A stretch of DNA of 29,646 nucleotides from NCBI GenBank assembly GCA_947085205.1, contig CAMTVO010000060.1, forward strand, positions 1 through 29,646, in the 5' to 3' direction. The DNA comes from an uncultured Nitrospiraceae bacterium (lineage in GTDB: Bacteria; Nitrospirota; Thermodesulfovibrionia; Thermodesulfovibrionales; Dissulfurispiraceae). The translations under genes were made by a program, and so were the position numbers. This document shows, one piece after another, positions 7,447 through 18,843 of the stretch; the stretch's first letter is position 1; every line of letters starts with the position of its first letter. A model generated the notes under the pieces. The model did not search any database and was not told the origin of the DNA. It worked only from the letters and a program-made list of their open reading frames with translations.

Positions 7447-10426
7447 TGGAATTTACGGGCAGCCTTATCACAAATGTCGTCCCTTTTCCTTTTTTGCTTT
7501 TTACTGTGATTGTGCCGTTATGTTCCCTGATTATACCATAGCAGATGCTGAGGCCTAATCCTGTGCCTTTGCCCAGCGGTTTTGAGGTGAAGAAGGGGTC
7601 GAATATCCTGCCAATCACGGACTCGTCAATACCGGTTCCTGTATCACTGAAAACAATCTCAACAAAATTCCCTTCTCTCCTCGCTGCTATATTAAGCCTG
7701 CCGTCTTCAGGCATTGCGTCAAAGGCGTTGAGTATAAGGTTCAAAAAGACCTGCTGTATCTGGTCTGAATTGACCACGACATCGGGAATATTTTTTGTTT
7801 CGGCTGCAATCTCTATGTTTTTGAATCTCTTATCGTACTTCACTAAATTGATTGTCCGGTCGAGGATTTCAGAGATGTTTGAAGCTGTTTTTTCAACAGA
7901 GGATATCCTTGCAAAGTCGCCAAGGCTGCGAACTATCTTTGCAATTCTTTCTATATGACTGTTTATGGTCTTTAGCGACGTATTTATAAATTCCATGTCG
8001 TCTTTTTTTACTTCAGACTCTGAACTCTGAACTCCAAAATCCGAACTCAATGCCTTGAGTTCCTGCACAAGGGACGATATAGACGCAAGTGGATTTCCGA
8101 TTTCATGCGATATGCCTGCCGTTAATTTTCCTATGCCTGCAAGTTTTGATGTTTGCAGTAACTGCTCCTCCATTTTTTTCTTCTCTGTGATGTCTTCGAG
8201 AATGACAACGTATCCGCCGGATGGGTCTTTAAATGGGCTGATGTTTATCTTGAATGTCTTGTGAAACGGAGTCTGGAACGACCTCTCCCCCGGCTCATTT
8301 TGTAAGAGTATATCCCCCGGAATCCATGGCAGCAAGAGTATTATGGACTTGTTAAATGCTTCTATCTTTTTTATTCCCGTAATTGTTTCTATTTCTTTAT
8401 TCCAGTACTTTACCCTCAATAAAGAATCGATTGTGGCGATTCCGACAGGCGCGCTCTCTATGATGTTTTCGCTGAATTCTTTGAGATAAGACAACTGCCT
8501 GTTCGCCTCTGCAAGCTCCTGCCGCGAAAAACGCAGGCTTTCGGCGATATGCTTAATGGACTCGGAAAGCTCTCCCCTCTCTTTTTCCGTCAGGACTAAT
8601 TTGTTTTCAAAAATAATGGCTGCCATAGAAGAACCTATTGCTCCCGACAATATCTTCTCTGCCTCATCCCTCAATTCAAAGAGTTCTTTTGCCGTAAGCT
8701 CATCCTGCTTTTTGTTTTTCTTTGATAGAAAGTCTTGCATCGCCTCTCTTGCATCCGTCCTTCCCAGATATTGCGCAAGAATACCCTCGATGTCGTTAAC
8801 CCTGAATGAACCGCTGCTGGCAAGCCCCTTTCTGCTTTCGTAAGATTCTACGAAGATCAGTGACTGCATTTCTTCTTCTTTTGACTGTTTTGTTAGAACC
8901 GATACTCCCACATAAAACATCAGATTGAAGAGCATGCTCCAGAAAAGGGAGTGTCCCCATTTGCCGAGTCCTTCAACCCCGAATAGGCTGCCTGGATTGA
9001 GCATTTCTGAATTGCTTAAGAAGGCAATAATGCCTGAGTTGTCTATCACGCCAGCCTTTACCATGGCAGGGATTATAAGCGTATAAAACCATACTATAAA
9101 ACCTGCAGAAAGTCCTGCTATGGCCCCGGTCTTATTACCTTTTTTCCAGTAAAGACCGAGGAGAAAAGCTGGTGCAAAAAGGCTCACTGCTTCAAAGGAT
9201 TTAAGCCCTATATCAACAAGGCTGTAAAATTCACCGATGGAAGTGGCAAAAAGGTAGCCTAAAAAGACAACCCCCAGTATGACGAGCCTTTTTATATTCA
9301 ATACAACAGATGGGAACCTCGGCGCTTCATGAAACTTTACGATGGTCGGCATTATTATGCTGTTCATGACCATTGTGCTTAATGCAAGAGCCTCTACAAT
9401 CACCATGCCTGTCGCAGCAGAAAAACCGCCGATAAAAACGAACAGGGAGAGGTATTTCTCTCCGCTATTTAAAGGGAGGGTAAGAACAAAATAATCCGCC
9501 ATTTTTTCTGTGCCGCCGAGAAGGAGGCCTCCGAATGCTATCGGCAGCACGAATATATTGATTAGGAAGAGATAGAGCGGAAAGAGCCATGCAGCCTTTG
9601 TTATATGCGACTCGTCATAGTTCTCCACAACAGCCATCTGAAACTGCCTCGGCAGAAACATTATTGCCATCATGGAGAGAAAGAGAAGCGCAAACCATTC
9701 AAAATAGTGGGTTCCTGTTCCTGCCCCTAAAAAAAGCAGCGCCGAGTGTTCGGAATTCTTTATCCTGTCGAATATATCTCCGAATCCGTCAAACAGGCCA
9801 TAAGTAACGAAAATGCCGACTGCAAAAAATGCGATAAGTTTAACTATCGATTCAAATGCTATTGCAAAAACAAGGCCGCCGTGCCTCTCCGACGAGTCGA
9901 GGCGTCTTGCGCCGAAGATGATAGCGAATATTCCGAGTATGAATGTAATGAAAAGCCCTGCTGCCGCGCTTCCCTTTGTTTCGCCGGATATAATGGTGAA
10001 TGTGCTTATAATGGCCTTTATCTGAAGTCCAATGTACGGGGCGATTCCGACAACAGCCACCATTGTTACAAGCGCGGAAAGAAACAGGGATTTGCCGTAT
10101 CTGGAGCCTATGAAATCCGATACTGTGGTAATCCTGTTTGCCTTTGCAAGCCTCACCACTTTTTTCAAGACCACGAGCCATATGGCAGCCATAAGCGTAG
10201 GGCCTAAGTAGGTGGTGAGGAAAGAGAGACCTGATGTTGCTGCCTTGCCGACGCTTCCGTAAAATGTCCATGAAGTGCAATAAACAGCAAGGGACAGCGA
10301 ATAAATATAAGGATTGTTGACTACGCTTCTGCCTGTCTTCTCCTTTTTTTCAGCATAGTATGCTGCAGCAAAAAGGAGCATGAGGTAGCCCAGAACTATG
10401 AAGAAAAGATTATACGGCGCAAACAT
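7439..10426 (-). CDS. SLC5 (Na+/proline symporter-like) - STAC-like - PAS - histidine kinase (CbrA/CrbS family)
   Basis: N-terminal ~510 aa SSS-like domain (YSLSLAVYCTSWTFYGSVG, AIAFESIVKL, LPRQF, GGFSAATGM). AEKILSGAIGSSMA is a STAC-like segment. PAS (IIESAPVGI), H-box ISHEIGNPL, N box and G boxes (DTGTGI, FFTSK, GTGLGL). 8-bp overlap with the regulator. Confidence 0.92.
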   Translation of the reverse strand: MFAPYNLFFIVLGYLMLLFAAAYYAEKKEKTGRSVVNNPYIYSLSLAVYCTSWTFYGSVGKAATSGLSFLTTYLGPTLMAAIWLVVLKKVVRLAKANRITTVSDFIGSRYGKSLFLSALVTMVAVVGIAPYIGLQIKAIISTFTIISGETKGSAAAGLFITFILGIFAIIFGARRLDSSERHGGLVFAIAFESIVKLIAFFAVGIFVTYGLFDGFGDIFDRIKNSEHSALLFLGAGTGTHYFEWFALLFLSMMAIMFLPRQFQMAVVENYDESHITKAAWLFPLYLFLINIFVLPIAFGGLLLGGTEKMADYFVLTLPLNSGEKYLSLFVFIGGFSAATGMVIVEALALSTMVMNSIIMPTIVKFHEAPRFPSVVLNIKRLVILGVVFLGYLFATSIGEFYSLVDIGLKSFEAVSLFAPAFLLGLYWKKGNKTGAIAGLSAGFIVWFYTLIIPAMVKAGVIDNSGIIAFLSNSEMLNPGSLFGVEGLGKWGHSLFWSMLFNLMFYVGVSVLTKQSKEEEMQSLIFVESYESRKGLASSGSFRVNDIEGILAQYLGRTDAREAMQDFLSKKNKKQDELTAKELFELRDEAEKILSGAIGSSMAAIIFENKLVLTEKERGELSESIKHIAESLRFSRQELAEANRQLSYLKEFSENIIESAPVGIATIDSLLRVKYWNKEIETITGIKKIEAFNKSIILLLPWIPGDILLQNEPGERSFQTPFHKTFKINISPFKDPSGGYVVILEDITEKKKMEEQLLQTSKLAGIGKLTAGISHEIGNPLASISSLVQELKALSSDFGVQSSESEVKKDDMEFINTSLKTINSHIERIAKIVRSLGDFARISSVEKTASNISEILDRTINLVKYDKRFKNIEIAAETKNIPDVVVNSDQIQQVFLNLILNAFDAMPEDGRLNIAARREGNFVEIVFSDTGTGIDESVIGRIFDPFFTSKPLGKGTGLGLSICYGIIREHNGTITVKSKKGKGTTFVIRLPVNSNV

Positions 10427-10593
10427 TAACTCTCTAACTTTTTACGCGATACATATGCAATTAAACCTATAAAAAGAAGCCAGAAGATAAACAGGTATGT
10501 TGTCACCTCTGTATGAAACACCTCCAGAAACGGCCAGTTAAGGCCTAAGAGACCGAGAATGAATATGAATATCCAAATCTCAGTATTTTTCAT
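10426..10593 (-). CDS. 55-aa two-TM small membrane protein, CbrX-like (absent from the ORF track)
   Basis: Translated by hand: MKNTEIWIFIFILGLLGLNWPFLEVFHTEVTTYLFIFWLLFIGLIAYVSRKKLES*. Its TAA overlaps the kinase ATG (TAATG). Confidence 0.8.
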   Translation of the reverse strand: MKNTEIWIFIFILGLLGLNWPFLEVFHTEVTTYLFIFWLLFIGLIAYVSRKKLES

Positions 10594-10644
10594 TTCGTTA
10601 CAATATTTTTCATTAATTCTTAATTACGAATTAAAAATTATAAA

Positions 10645-13056
10645 TTAAGGAGCCTCTTCCACCACTCTTCCGATGCTCACAATTCTGTCGTCTACCTCTA
10701 AATCCATGAGCTTTACTCCCTGTGTATTCCTTCCATGCACAGAGATGGCGTTTGCCTTTGTCCTTATCAGTTTGCCGGAATTTGTTATCAGTACAATCTC
10801 GTCTTCGTCTTTTACCTGAAGGAGGCCGATTGCATTGCCGCCTCTTTCCGTGAGCTTTATGGATATGACGCCTTTCCCGCCCCTTCTGTGGGTAGGATAC
10901 TCTTCTGTCTTTGTTCTCTTTCCGAGACCCTTTTCGGTGACAGCTAATAGCCTTGTATTTTTCTCGACAACATCGGCAGAGACCACCTCGTCTCCCTCGG
11001 AGAGCCTTATTCCTATAACGCCTCTCGCTGTCCTTCCCACAAATCTCACATCGTCTTCTTTGAACCTTGCAGCGAGCCCGCTCTTTGTTCCTATGATTAA
11101 ATCATTATTTCCTGTAGTCCTTTTAACCGCAATCAGTTCATCGCCTTCGTCGAGGTTCACTGCTATTATTCCTTTGCTCCTCGGATTGCTGTATTCTTCA
11201 AGTACGGTCTTTTTGACAATACCCTTCTTTGTGAACATTACGAGGTATCCTTCCTTGAAGTCCTTCACATTAAGGGCAATGGTTATCCTTTCTCCCTCCG
11301 AAAGGGGCAATAGATTTACAAGCGCCTTTCCTTTTGCTGTCCTGCCGGCTTCGGGTATCTGGTATATTTTCTGCCAGTAGAGCCTTCCGAGGTTGCTGAA
11401 AAAGAACATGTAGTCGTGCGTTGAGCCTATGAAGAGCTGCTCCACATAATCCTCTTCCCTCGTCTCCATGCCCATCAGCCCCTTTCCTCCTCTGCGCTGG
11501 CTCCTGTAGATGGAGAGCGGATTCCTCTTAATATAGCCATTGTGTGAGAGCGTGATAACCATGTCCTCCTCTGTAATCAGGTCTTCTATGGTAAGCTCTG
11601 TTGTCTCGGAAACAATCTCTGTCTTTCTCTCATCGCCGTACTTACTCTTAATCTCTATAAGCTCTTCCTTTATAATCTTTGACACGAGGGTCTCGCTTCC
11701 GAGTATTGTCTTTAATCTCTCTATCTCTTTCAGGGTGTCTTCGTAATCCTTTACAATCTTGTCCCTCTCAAGGCCTGTCAGCCTCTGGAGTTTCATGTCG
11801 AGTATTGCCTGTGCCTGAACCTCTGTTAACGGATACTTTGTTATTAAGCCGTTCTTCGCCTCTTCAGGTGTCTTTGAATTTCTTATGAGGCTTATAATAG
11901 CATCAAGATGGTCGAGGGCTATCTTTAAGCCTTCGAGGATATGGGCTTTTTCCTCAGCCTTTCTGAGGTCAAACCTTGTTCTGTGTAATATGACATCCCT
12001 TCTGTGGTTTAAGAAATGTCCCAGCATCCGTTTGAGATTGAGTATGTGGGGCTGTCCATTAACAAGGGCTAACATTATGATTCCGAAGGTGGATTCCATC
12101 TGTGTGTGTTTATAGAGGTTATTCAGAATAACCTGCTGGATCTCGCCGCGCTTTAATTCGAGGACTATCCTTATTCCGTCCCTGTCGGACTCGTCCCTTA
12201 TGTCTGAGATGCCTTCGATGCGTTTTTCGCGAACAAGCTCCGCTATTTTTTCTATGAGCCTTGCCTTGTTTACCTGATACGGAAGCTCCGAGATTATTAT
12301 ACTGTCTCCGCCCTTTGCCTCCCGCTCTATCCTCGCCTTAGCTCTTACCTTTATCAATCCCCTGCCGTGGGTATAGGCATCGACTATTCCGCTTGTTCCG
12401 TAAATCATTGCTCCTGTAGGGAAATCCGGGCCATTAATTACTGTCATCAAATCATTGATTGTTAAATCCGGATTTTCGAGGAGCATTATCAATCCGTCGA
12501 TTATTTCTCTGAGATTGTGCGGAGGGATGTTTGTAGCCATTCCGACAGCGATACCGGATGAGCCGTTTATTAATAAGTTAGGAATTCTTGTTGGAAGGAC
12601 AGAAGGTTCTTCTGTTGTCTCATCGAAGTTTGGCGTAAAATCTACGGTCTCCTTGTCTATGTCGGCAAGAAGCTCTTCGGCTATCTTTGTAAGTCTTGCC
12701 TCCGTGTATCTGTATGCAGCAGCAGGGTCTCCGTCTATTGATCCGAAATTTCCCTGCCCGTCAACGAGTTGGTATCTCATGTTAAAGTCCTGAGCCAGTC
12801 TTACAAGGGCATCATAGACTGCCGTGTCCCCGTGAGGGTGATATTTTTTAAGAACTTCGCCGACAACGCCTGCGCATTTCGAATATTTCTTGCCGGGGAG
12901 GAGTCCTTCCCTGAACATTGCGTAGAGTATTCTCCTCTGGACAGGCTTGAGACCGTCCCTCACCTCCGGCAATGCCCTGCCTATGATTACGCTCATGGCG
13001 TAATCAAGGTAACTGGACTTCATCTCTTCTTCTATGCTGATGAATGTCTTGGACAT
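10645..13056 (-). CDS. gyrA: DNA gyrase subunit A
   Basis: [21 protein letters not shown], catalytic AAAYRYTE, GyrA-box QRRGGKG, C-terminal beta-pinwheel repeats. Confidence 0.98.
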   Translation of the reverse strand: MSKTFISIEEEMKSSYLDYAMSVIIGRALPEVRDGLKPVQRRILYAMFREGLLPGKKYSKCAGVVGEVLKKYHPHGDTAVYDALVRLAQDFNMRYQLVDGQGNFGSIDGDPAAAYRYTEARLTKIAEELLADIDKETVDFTPNFDETTEEPSVLPTRIPNLLINGSSGIAVGMATNIPPHNLREIIDGLIMLLENPDLTINDLMTVINGPDFPTGAMIYGTSGIVDAYTHGRGLIKVRAKARIEREAKGGDSIIISELPYQVNKARLIEKIAELVREKRIEGISDIRDESDRDGIRIVLELKRGEIQQVILNNLYKHTQMESTFGIIMLALVNGQPHILNLKRMLGHFLNHRRDVILHRTRFDLRKAEEKAHILEGLKIALDHLDAIISLIRNSKTPEEAKNGLITKYPLTEVQAQAILDMKLQRLTGLERDKIVKDYEDTLKEIERLKTILGSETLVSKIIKEELIEIKSKYGDERKTEIVSETTELTIEDLITEEDMVITLSHNGYIKRNPLSIYRSQRRGGKGLMGMETREEDYVEQLFIGSTHDYMFFFSNLGRLYWQKIYQIPEAGRTAKGKALVNLLPLSEGERITIALNVKDFKEGYLVMFTKKGIVKKTVLEEYSNPRSKGIIAVNLDEGDELIAVKRTTGNNDLIIGTKSGLAARFKEDDVRFVGRTARGVIGIRLSEGDEVVSADVVEKNTRLLAVTEKGLGKRTKTEEYPTHRRGGKGVISIKLTERGGNAIGLLQVKDEDEIVLITNSGKLIRTKANAISVHGRNTQGVKLMDLEVDDRIVSIGRVVEEAP

Positions 13057-13102
13057 AAATGATGCACCTCTCTCGTTTTGCTATTTAATTGGTTTTGGTC
13101 TG

Positions 13103-13523
13103 TTATTTTACCATACTTTTTAATATATTTTTCAGTCTCTTTGCCTCTTCCTTTGTAATTTTTTTGTCTCTATAAAAACTCCCCTCGAACTCTTTTACAA
13201 ACCTGTATGCCTCCTGCTTTAAGACCCTCTTCTTTAAAAAGACAGGGAAAAAACTCCTTTTGTTTTTAAGGCTTATCTTGAGTTGCGGAAATTCTTTATT
13301 GATGCGTAAATCTCCTGCGGGATCTCCACATCAATATCAATTTTTGACAGATTCCTTCTACCGAAAAATCCTGAAACTCCCATGAAACTGAGCAAGGCCG
13401 ATACAATCAGATATACGAGGTTGTTTCCAGTATTTACTGCGGCGAATCCCAAGAATAGCGTTAATGCTATATATATCCAGCCGGCCTTTGTGATTTTTAT
13501 TACAGGCAGCTTCTTATATCCAA
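13103..13523 (-). pseudogene. Collapsed DUF58-family gene remnant, frameshifted and apparently fused to an unrelated C-terminal fragment
   Basis: Frame 1 reads IKITKAGWIYIALTLFLGFAAVNTGNNLVYLIVSALLSFMGVSGFFGRRNLSKIDIDVEIPQEIYA, lacks an ATG/GTG/TTG start and stops at 13273. The shifted frame reads NKEFPQLKISLKNKRSFFPVFL then KKRVLKQEAYRFVKEFEGSFYRDKKITKEEAKRLKNILKSMVK*. Confidence 0.72.
13105..13113 (-). promoter_or_regulatory. Extended -10 promoter candidate for gyrA
   Basis: TGGTAAAAT (TGn-TAAAAT) about 50 bp upstream of the gyrA ATG, with SD AGAGGTG downstream. Confidence 0.5.
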
Positions 13524-15965
<2,442 letters not shown>

Positions 15966-16003
15966 TTATCATTAAGAATTCTGAAAAATAGAAATCCATG
16001 CTT

Positions 16004-17104
16004 TTACAGCCTCATCGGCATTACTACGCATTTATAATCCTCTCCACCCTCTTCCATTATCATGGCCGGGCTGAGAGGCTCGTTGAGCTTAAGGATTACC
16101 TTTTCCGAAGACATCGCATTCAGCACATCCAGTACATATCTTGCATTAAAAGCTACAGTCATTGCATCTCCCGAATAATTAACGCCGATTTCATCGCTTG
16201 CCTCTCCGATGTCCGGATTCGAGGCTGAGATAATGATGTTATTGGAATCTATGTCCACCTTTACTGCATTGCTCCTCTCCCTGCTCATTATGGATACCCT
16301 TCTCAAAGACCTTGTCAGAAGGCTCCTGTCCACCGTTAAAATCTTCTCGTTTGATGTCGGAATTACCTGCTCATAATTCGGATATGTTCCTTCTATAAGC
16401 CTTGTCAAAAACTCTATGTCGTCTATCGTAAAAAGGATATGGTTTTTGCCTACTGTTACCCTTACCGCCTTTGATTCGTCTGTGAGGAATCGCCTCAGTT
16501 CGGCCACAGACTTCCTCGAAACAATCATCTTCTTTTCTTCCTTTGACTTGGACCCTATATTCTTTTCGGAAAGGGCTAGCCTGTGGCCGTCCGTTCCTAC
16601 TACTGTCAGGGTTCCGTCGGTCTTTGCATGGAAGAGAAGTCCGTTTAATACATACCGCGTATCGGATTCTCCTGCCGCGAATATGGATTTGTCTATCATC
16701 TCCAGGAGCAGCGAAGAGGCGATCTCGATCTCCTCTGTGGTCTCAAGAGAGGGCCAGACAGGGAACTCGTCTGCAGAGAGACAGCTCAACCGGAAATTGC
16801 TCTTTCCGGATTTAACCTTAACCCACTGGGAGTCTATAGATTCGAGGGTCGCTTCGCCGTCCATCTCCCTGACAATTTCAAAGAGTTTCCTTGCAGGTAT
16901 GCACATCCTGCCGTCTTCCGCTACATTGAGCGTTATTGGCTCTTTAAAGGCGGTTTCGAGGTCTGTGGCAGTAATATATGCGCCTCCTTTTTTCGCTGTT
17001 AGAAGAAAATGATTAAGTATAGGCATTGTATTTTTCTTTTCAACGATGTTCTGGATGTCGGAAAGCTTCTTCTGTAATTCGTCCTTTTGTACTGTTACCT
17101 TCAT
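16004..17104 (-). CDS. dnaN: DNA polymerase III beta sliding clamp
   Basis: ATDLE, GTDGHRL, C-terminal VVMPMRL. Directly follows dnaA. Confidence 0.98.
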   Translation of the reverse strand: MKVTVQKDELQKKLSDIQNIVEKKNTMPILNHFLLTAKKGGAYITATDLETAFKEPITLNVAEDGRMCIPARKLFEIVREMDGEATLESIDSQWVKVKSGKSNFRLSCLSADEFPVWPSLETTEEIEIASSLLLEMIDKSIFAAGESDTRYVLNGLLFHAKTDGTLTVVGTDGHRLALSEKNIGSKSKEEKKMIVSRKSVAELRRFLTDESKAVRVTVGKNHILFTIDDIEFLTRLIEGTYPNYEQVIPTSNEKILTVDRSLLTRSLRRVSIMSRERSNAVKVDIDSNNIIISASNPDIGEASDEIGVNYSGDAMTVAFNARYVLDVLNAMSSEKVILKLNEPLSPAMIMEEGGEDYKCVVMPMRL

Positions 17105-17138
17105 TGTTCCCTCCGTTTTAAGTTAATGCGTTAACTTC

Positions 17139-18482
17139 CTAACTCTTCACCCTTTTCGTAATATTCTCTATGCTCTTATTTAAATTTTCATCCCTTACCC
17201 TTTTTTCTTCTACCTGCTTGCATGCATAGATTACAGTGGCGTGGTCTTTTCCTCCGAAGCACCTGCCTATTTCGCTTAAAGAAAGCTGCGTGTGCTGCCT
17301 TGTCAGATACATTGCCATCTGCCTTGCATTTGCGACTTCCTTTGTCCTCTTCTTTGTCTTCAGTTCCTGAACTTTCATTCCGAAATATTCGCAGACAGCC
17401 TTTTGTATCAACTCTACGGTTATCGGCTTGTCTTCCTCTGATATTAAGTCCTTAAGCACATTTTTTGCCATAGTTATGCTTATCGGCATTCCTGTGATGG
17501 ATGCATGCGCGCCTAACTTTATAAGACATCCTTCAAGCTCCCTGATGTTGGACTTCACCTTTGTGGCTATGAAATAAGCAACCTCATCGCTTATTGACAG
17601 CTTCTCCATCTCCGCCTTTTTATAGATAATCGCCATCTTTGTCTCGACCTCCGGAGGCTGGATGTCAGCGATAAGTCCCATGCTGAACCTCGACCTGAGC
17701 CTGTCTGTAATATCCGCAATCTCCATCGGAGACCTGTCGCTGGAAACCACTATCTGCCTCTGTTTTTCATAAAGGGAATTAAACGTGTGGAAGAACTCTT
17801 CCTGCGTAGTGGTCTTGCCTGATATGAACTGGATATCGTCAACGAGCAGGGCATCCAGATTTCTGTATTTCTCCTTAAATTCGGCCATCTTTTCATGTCT
17901 GATAGCTGAAATGACTTCGTTGGTGAACTGCTCTGCAGGGACATAATAGACTATCATTCCGGGATTTTTGTCCACTATGGCATTGCCTACGGCGTTTATT
18001 ATATGTGTCTTTCCGAGGCCGACTCCGCCGTATATAAACAGCGGGTTATAGGCATTTCCTGGATTTTCTCCCACCCTCATGGCTGCTGCATGCGCGAACT
18101 GGTTCGAAGGGCCGACAACAAAGGTATCGAATGTGTATCGCGGATTCAAATAGATTCCCCTGCTCGCAAGTCTTGTCTTCCTAATTTCGAGCTTTGAATC
18201 CATCCTTCTCAGGGCTGCGTCCTCTTTCTCCGAAGTCTTGTATTTGATCGCTACAGGATAGCCTAAAATGCCCTCCATGATATCTGCAATAATCGTCGGG
18301 TAATAATCCTCTATCCAGTCCCTGAAAAACCTGTTCGGTATTTCGAGTGTTGCGGTTTTGTCTTTCAATTGAAGGAGTTTTATGGGTTTAAACCATAAGT
18401 CGAATGTGCTCTCTCCGACCTTTTCAACAATCTTAGAAAGACTTTTATTCCATATATCTTCTGTGCCAGCAACCGCTACCAT
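17139..18482 (-). CDS. dnaA: Chromosomal replication initiator DnaA
   Basis: YNPLFIYGGVGLGKTH, LLVDDIQF, QEEFFHTFN, SNIRELEG, domain IV GGKDHATVIYA. Confidence 0.99.
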   Translation of the reverse strand: MVAVAGTEDIWNKSLSKIVEKVGESTFDLWFKPIKLLQLKDKTATLEIPNRFFRDWIEDYYPTIIADIMEGILGYPVAIKYKTSEKEDAALRRMDSKLEIRKTRLASRGIYLNPRYTFDTFVVGPSNQFAHAAAMRVGENPGNAYNPLFIYGGVGLGKTHIINAVGNAIVDKNPGMIVYYVPAEQFTNEVISAIRHEKMAEFKEKYRNLDALLVDDIQFISGKTTTQEEFFHTFNSLYEKQRQIVVSSDRSPMEIADITDRLRSRFSMGLIADIQPPEVETKMAIIYKKAEMEKLSISDEVAYFIATKVKSNIRELEGCLIKLGAHASITGMPISITMAKNVLKDLISEEDKPITVELIQKAVCEYFGMKVQELKTKKRTKEVANARQMAMYLTRQHTQLSLSEIGRCFGGKDHATVIYACKQVEEKRVRDENLNKSIENITKRVKS

Positions 18483-18500
18483 TCTTCATCCTCTAAGAAC

Positions 18501-18574
18501 AAATAGAAAATAGTTAAATAGGAATTAGGAATTAAGGAAACTCATTTTTTACTTCCTATTTCCCAGTTATTCTT
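18501..18574. repeat. AAATAGG-heptamer inverted-repeat element, copy A (dnaA 5' region)
   Basis: AAATAGG AATTAGG AATTAAGGAAA ... TTCCTATTTCCCAGTTATTCTTT. Similar to 23998-24050. Confidence 0.7.
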
Positions 18575-18578
18575 TTAT

Positions 18579-18843
18579 TTGTGAACATGTTATTAACAAT
18601 TGTTAATAACTCTGTCTATTTTCACCTGCTCATTATAGCCTATAAGTTAAATCAAGGGCAATAATCTGTTAGTTAATCATACCCGAAAATCTTTTCAACA
18701 ACGAGCCATTTTTTATATAAAAACAGCGCCAATTTTTCATTCACACTAACTCTCTGTTAAATAAACAATTATTATACTTACTCACAAATCAACAGCGCCT
18801 ACTACCACTACTACTTAAATATTTAAATAAAAGAATAGTAGTA
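18579..18843. other. oriC: Origin of replication oriC (DnaA-box cluster and unwinding element)
   Basis: Box-like 9-mers: TTATTAACA (18590) and its inverse (18601), TTTTCAACA (18692), TCATTCACA (18737), TTACTCACA (18778), AAATCAACA (18786). Then GCGCC, trio repeat TACTACCACTACTACT (18800-18815) and an AT-only stretch. Adjacent to dnaA, with parAB nearby. Confidence 0.85.

Noticed and set aside
12810..12840. GyrA QRDR has Thr at the E. coli Ser83-equivalent position ([10 protein letters not shown])
   Set aside because: Thr is a natural wild-type residue in many taxa and is not evidence of resistance.
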